DNA from: Geopsychrobacteraceae bacterium
GTDB lineage: Bacteria > Desulfobacterota > Desulfuromonadia > Desulfuromonadales > Geopsychrobacteraceae
Assembly: GCA_963676795.2 (NCBI GenBank)
Contig: CAXXTB010000002.1
Coordinates: forward strand, 800,001 to 864,000
Length of the DNA: 64,000 nucleotides
Direction of reading: 5' to 3'
The notes below the pieces were generated by a model. The model was not told the DNA's origin and did no database searches. It saw only the letters and a list, made by a program, of their open reading frames with translations. How positions within the stretch are numbered: position 1 is the first letter of the stretch; each line of letters starts with the position of its first letter. The position numbers and the translations under genes are program-made. Below, one piece after another: positions 59,894-64,000 of the stretch.

Positions 59894-60379
59894 ATGAGTC
59901 TAGTATTAACCCGGATCGATAATCGTCTCATCCATGGCCAGGTTCTTGAGGCTTGGGTCCCCTATGTTCTTGCCAATTGCATTGTTGTCGCCAACGATGA
60001 AATCGCCCTGAATCCGTTCAAGAAGATGATGATGCAGGCCTCTGTTCCGAGCCGAATGCGGGTTGAGATCGGTACCGTCGATGAGATGGTGGCCGGCTTC
60101 AAGTCCGGCATGTTTGATGGGTATAAAACCCTGCTTCTGTTTGGCACGACGAAAGACGCTCTGCACGCCTATCAGAGCGGCCTGGCTTTTTCCGATCTGA
60201 ACCTGGGCAACCTCCATGCTGACAAGGGGAAGGCCAAGCTCAGCTGTACGCTGTTTCTGGATGAGGATGATATCGCTGAACTTGATAGCCTCGCTCAGGC
60301 CGGGGTGACGATCTCGGCGCGTTGTATTCCAGGCGACAGCGACAGACCCTGGCGCAAGCTGCTGGCGGAGAGAGGGTGA
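59894..60379 (+). CDS. PTS mannose-family EIIB
   Basis: RIDNRLIHGQV and LNLGN. Confidence 0.92.
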   Translation: MSLVLTRIDNRLIHGQVLEAWVPYVLANCIVVANDEIALNPFKKMMMQASVPSRMRVEIGTVDEMVAGFKSGMFDGYKTLLLFGTTKDALHAYQSGLAFSDLNLGNLHADKGKAKLSCTLFLDEDDIAELDSLAQAGVTISARCIPGDSDRPWRKLLAERG

Positions 60380-60383
60380 GCCT

Positions 60384-61076
60384 TTGCTGCTGACTCAGGT
60401 TCTGACCGGTGCGCTCGCCGCCGTTGTCTGTGGTCTTGACCGGATTGCTGTCCTGCAGATCCTGTTGTCGAGGCCTATCGTTGCCGCTCCTCTGGTCGGA
60501 TTGCTGCTCGGGGATGTCGCGATTGGACTGCAGGTCGGGGTCATGGTTGAGCTGCTTTGGCTGGCCCGTCTGCCGGTTGGCGCCGCAATCCCTCCCGACG
60601 ATACCCAGATTGCCGTCGGGGCGACCGTACTGACCAGCTATTTCAGTAGGGTGCTGCCGGCCAGCGAACCGCAACTGGTCGTGCTTTGTCTGCTGCTGGC
60701 GCTGCCCTTCGGCAAGGTCGGGCAACTGATGGAGCGCCGTGCCAGAAGTTTTAATACCCGTCTGCAGAGACGGACCGAAGACGCACTCGAGAGGGGGCTT
60801 TTGGCGCTGGCCTTTCGTCAGCACCGGGTCGGGTTGCTCAGCTTTGCTGTGGCGGCAGTTGCCAGCTACCTGATGATTATCGTCGGTGGTCTGATTCTGG
60901 TTCCCCTCCTGTGGCCCCTGTTGAAGGCCGGACTTGGTTATTCCCACGGCTGGGTACAGCTGGCGTTCCCTCTCATCGGCATCGCCGTGATTCTGGGAAC
61001 GATCAACGTCAATCGGGCGATAACCCTGTTCTGTGCCGCCTTCGGTATGGCTTACCTGCTGATGTGGCTGCTCTGA
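60384..61076 (+). CDS. PTS mannose-family EIIC
   Basis: LSRPIV and ELLWL..LPVGAAIPPD; hydrophobic. Confidence 0.85.
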   Translation: MLLTQVLTGALAAVVCGLDRIAVLQILLSRPIVAAPLVGLLLGDVAIGLQVGVMVELLWLARLPVGAAIPPDDTQIAVGATVLTSYFSRVLPASEPQLVVLCLLLALPFGKVGQLMERRARSFNTRLQRRTEDALERGLLALAFRQHRVGLLSFAVAAVASYLMIIVGGLILVPLLWPLLKAGLGYSHGWVQLAFPLIGIAVILGTINVNRAITLFCAAFGMAYLLMWLL

Positions 61077-61864
61077 TGAGGTCGCTGCTTCCCTGGTATA
61101 CCCGCTTGCGGGTCTGGTTCCGGTTGATATTTCTGCAGGCCAGCTGGAACTATGAATGGCTGCAGGGGACAGGTTTCCTGTTTGCCATCTGTCCTGCACT
61201 CAGACGCCTTTATCCGGACGCGGAGCAGCTGCAGGAGGCCTGCCAGCGCCATGCCTGTTATTTCAACACGCACCCCTACCTGGCCCCGCTGGTCGCCGGA
61301 GCGGTGCTGCGCATGGAGGAAGAGCGGTCGCTGAACGACAGAGAGCAGTTTGTTTCTATCGAAGAGTTCAAAGAGATGGTTGCCGCTCCCTGCGCCGCTA
61401 TCGGCGATGCCCTGTTCTGGGGAGGTTTAAGACCTCTTGTTGGCGGCATAGCGCTGTTCTTTGCCGTTAAAGGGCTTCTCTGGGCACCGCTGATCTACCT
61501 GCTTCTGTTCAACCTGGTGCCGCTCTGGTTCCGGACCGCATTCTTTATTCGTGGCTACCGGCAGGGGATCCGCTCTGTGGAGTTTATGCAGAAGCACAAG
61601 CTGCCGGATTGGGCGATTCATACCAAGGAGGCTGCCGTCGTGGTGCTGGGTGGTCTGAGTGCCTTCATGTCCTTTGAGCTGTTACAGCAGACCACGCATC
61701 CGGAGTGGCAGGGGCTGTTGATCGCGGTCCCGGTTATTCTGTGCGGTTTTGCCGCGCGCAAAGGGGTTTCGACCCTGCTGCTGGTCTTTACTATCGTCGT
61801 TTTTATTGTTCTGCTCGGGGTCTTCTGGGCGGATTTGGTTTATTTGATATCATGGTTTTCATGA
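61076..61864 (+). CDS. PTS mannose-family EIID
   Basis: QASWNYE..QG.GF, YFNTHPY and AAIGDALFW; ATG 61076 overlaps the EIIC stop. Confidence 0.88.
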   Translation: MRSLLPWYTRLRVWFRLIFLQASWNYEWLQGTGFLFAICPALRRLYPDAEQLQEACQRHACYFNTHPYLAPLVAGAVLRMEEERSLNDREQFVSIEEFKEMVAAPCAAIGDALFWGGLRPLVGGIALFFAVKGLLWAPLIYLLLFNLVPLWFRTAFFIRGYRQGIRSVEFMQKHKLPDWAIHTKEAAVVVLGGLSAFMSFELLQQTTHPEWQGLLIAVPVILCGFAARKGVSTLLLVFTIVVFIVLLGVFWADLVYLISWFS

Positions 61865-61885
61865 CAGAGGGATGAGTTAAGTCTT

Positions 61886-62152
61886 ATGTTGAATAAAAAC
61901 TTTACAATCGTTAATCGTCTCGGCCTTCACGCCAGGGCTGCTGCCCAGTTGGTACAGACGGCCAGCCAGTTCAAAGCTGAAGTGACTCTGAAAAAAGAGG
62001 ATGTCGAGGTCAACGGCAAGAGCATCATGGGGATTCTGCTCCTCGCGGCTCCTAAGGGGACTGCGATAGAAGTGGTTGTTAACGGCAGCGACGAGGCGGA
62101 AGCGATGATGGTGCTTTCAAACCTTATTGAGGATGGTTTTGGGGAAGATTAA
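61886..62152 (+). CDS. ptsH: Phosphocarrier HPr
   Basis: GLHARAA (His15) and NGKSIMG (Ser46). Confidence 0.95.
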   Translation: MLNKNFTIVNRLGLHARAAAQLVQTASQFKAEVTLKKEDVEVNGKSIMGILLLAAPKGTAIEVVVNGSDEAEAMMVLSNLIEDGFGED

Positions 62153-63914
62153 GGTCAGCGAAGATACTTATCTGGTCGGGGTCGGGGTTTCACCGGGAAT
62201 CAGCATCGGTGAAGTTGCTCTGATCGATAATCGCGTCCAGATCGATGACAGTCTGATCTCGCCCGGGTCGGTGGGAATCGAAATCGAGCGCTTTCATACT
62301 GCTGTCGATCGGGCCAGGGAGCAACTGGGTGAGATTCGCAGTCGGGTTGCCGGGATGCCGCACCTGGAGGAACACCTCTATATCCTCGATACCCATCTGA
62401 TGATTCTCGATGACAAAATGCTCGTCGATGCGAGTGTGTCGGCGATTCGCAACAGGTTGACTGCGGATGCCGCGGTCAAGCAGGTCATGGAGCAGCTGAA
62501 CCAGCAATTTGCCAATATCGAAGATGAATACCTGCGTGACAGACGCTCCGACATCGATGCGGTGGGCGATCGTCTGCTGCGCATCCTGACCGGCGTCAGA
62601 GAACGTTCCCTCAGCGATATTCCAGGTCGATCGGTCATCGTTGCTCATGATCTGTCGCCAGCCCAGACGATGCAGCTCGATCGTGAACTGATTTTCGGTT
62701 TTGTCACCGATAAGGGGGGACGCACCTCGCACACGGCGATTCTTGCCCGTTCGCTCGATATTCCCGCTGTTGTCGGTCTCGATTCGGTGACAGCGCTGGT
62801 CCAGGAACGGATGCCGGTCATCATTGACGGCTCGTCCGGTGTTGTCATTCTCCGCCCATCAGCGGCAACCTTGGCGGAATATCGCAGGCGCAAGCTGAAT
62901 TACGAGTCGCTTGAACAGGAGCTGGTCGCCTATCGCAACCTGCCGGCCAGGACCAGTGACGGTCTTGAAGTTCCACTGCGCGGCAATCTGGAACTGGAGT
63001 CCGAATTCGAACTTGCCGATAAACATGCGGCGGCAGGGATCGGTCTGTACCGGACGGAGTTCCTCTATCTGGGGCGCCAGGAACCTCCCGGTGAGGAGGA
63101 GCAGTTTGCCACCTACTGCAAGGTCTTGAAGGCCATGGACGGCCAGCCGGTGACAATCAGGACCCTGGATATCGGCGGTGACAAATTCGTCCAGGATCTG
63201 TCGCTGGAGGACGAGCCCAATCCGGCCATGGGCCTGCGGGCCATCCGCTTCTCGTTGCGTGAGGAAACGCTGTTCAGGACCCAACTCAGAGCCATCCTGC
63301 GCGCGTCGGTCTTCGGTCGGGTCCGGCTGCTCTTCCCGATGGTCTGCGGCGTCTCCGAAATCCGTTCCTGTAAAAGGATTCTTCAGGAAGAACGAGAAAA
63401 ACTCGACCAGGACGGTATCGCCTATACGCGGAATCTCGAAATCGGCATCATGATTGAGACCCCCTCTGCCGTTTTTGCCGCCCACTTCCTGGCCCGCGAG
63501 GTCGATTTCTTTTCGATCGGCACCAACGACCTGATCCAGTACTGCCTGGCGGCTGACCGCGGTAACGAGCATGTGGCCTATCTCTACAAACCGCTACATC
63601 CCGCGATCTTGAGGGCGATCAAGATGACCTGTGATGCCGCCTCAGCTGCCGGTATCGACGTCTGCATGTGTGGTGAAATGGCCGGTGAGCCGCTCTACAC
63701 CATGCTGCTGGTCGGCCTGGGGCTGAACGAACTCTCGATGAGCCCGGCCTGCGTGCCGCGGGTCAAGAGGGTTCTGCGCAGGATTTCCCGGCAGGAGTCT
63801 GACGATTTGGTCGACAGGCTGCTGACGTTGCCAACCAGCAAAGATGTGGCCTACCAGCTCGATCGGACCATGCGCGCCAAGCTTCCCGAGATTTTCGATC
63901 AGCCGCTGATTTGA
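62133..63914 (+). CDS. ptsI: PTS enzyme I
   Basis: GGRTSHTAI, GLYRTEF, RTLDIGGDK, SIGTNDLIQY and CGEMAG. Confidence 0.95.
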   Translation: MVLGKIKVSEDTYLVGVGVSPGISIGEVALIDNRVQIDDSLISPGSVGIEIERFHTAVDRAREQLGEIRSRVAGMPHLEEHLYILDTHLMILDDKMLVDASVSAIRNRLTADAAVKQVMEQLNQQFANIEDEYLRDRRSDIDAVGDRLLRILTGVRERSLSDIPGRSVIVAHDLSPAQTMQLDRELIFGFVTDKGGRTSHTAILARSLDIPAVVGLDSVTALVQERMPVIIDGSSGVVILRPSAATLAEYRRRKLNYESLEQELVAYRNLPARTSDGLEVPLRGNLELESEFELADKHAAAGIGLYRTEFLYLGRQEPPGEEEQFATYCKVLKAMDGQPVTIRTLDIGGDKFVQDLSLEDEPNPAMGLRAIRFSLREETLFRTQLRAILRASVFGRVRLLFPMVCGVSEIRSCKRILQEEREKLDQDGIAYTRNLEIGIMIETPSAVFAAHFLAREVDFFSIGTNDLIQYCLAADRGNEHVAYLYKPLHPAILRAIKMTCDAASAAGIDVCMCGEMAGEPLYTMLLVGLGLNELSMSPACVPRVKRVLRRISRQESDDLVDRLLTLPTSKDVAYQLDRTMRAKLPEIFDQPLI

Positions 63915-63926
63915 CCGGAATATTTG

Positions 63927-63955
63927 TTGACAGTTTTTCCCAAGCTCAATAGGAT
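63927..63955 (+). promoter_or_regulatory. sigma70 promoter for the next gene (outside the window)
   Basis: TTGACA-N17-TAGGAT, followed by a GAGGAG SD near the window end. Confidence 0.65.
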
Positions 63956-64000
63956 GTGCAGTCTGTTGGGTTTTCAATAAGTTGAGGAGATATATAAGAT

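Overview
The window looks like a Desulfuromonadales/Geobacterales-type deltaproteobacterial chromosome segment. This is inferred from gene content and order, not from a database search. (1) 1-6.6 kb is a more AT-rich, decaying island at the 3' side of tRNA-Pro(TGG). It carries a tyrosine integrase, DUF2787-like and small hypothetical genes separated by terminators, an ADP-ribosylglycohydrolase, and a GIY-YIG-like gene cut by an IS256 element that has no target duplication. (2) 6.8-24.3 kb encodes a type II P-type ATPase, an M16C peptidase, rlmKL, a group 3b NiFe hydrogenase operon whose maturation protease is frameshifted, a HIT protein, lpoB-like and COG3014 lipoproteins, a VUT transporter with a Fur-like box, arsC, a small Cys-rich protein with a possible Sec-to-Trp change, and ygjP. 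(3) 24.3-29.8 kb is the best candidate for an undescribed system: a DUF485-like membrane protein and an ActP-like solute:sodium symporter, followed by a 1115-aa membrane fusion PHP phosphoesterase-TM-sCache_2-TM-PAS-CBS-CBS-DUF294 nucleotidyltransferase. (4) 30-40 kb holds an orphan NTase/NMP-kinase-like gene, ettA, and two tandem HEAT-repeat + HD-GYP pairs that all share an N-terminal motif. (5) 40-64 kb is conserved housekeeping: phoH, 7TM-HD, ybeY, corC, lnt, a Na/Pi cotransporter, kdsB, pyrG, kdsA/D/C, lptCAB, rpoN, hpf, ptsN, hprK, rapZ, mannose-family EIIA-D, ptsH and ptsI. All family calls come from motif recognition by eye.
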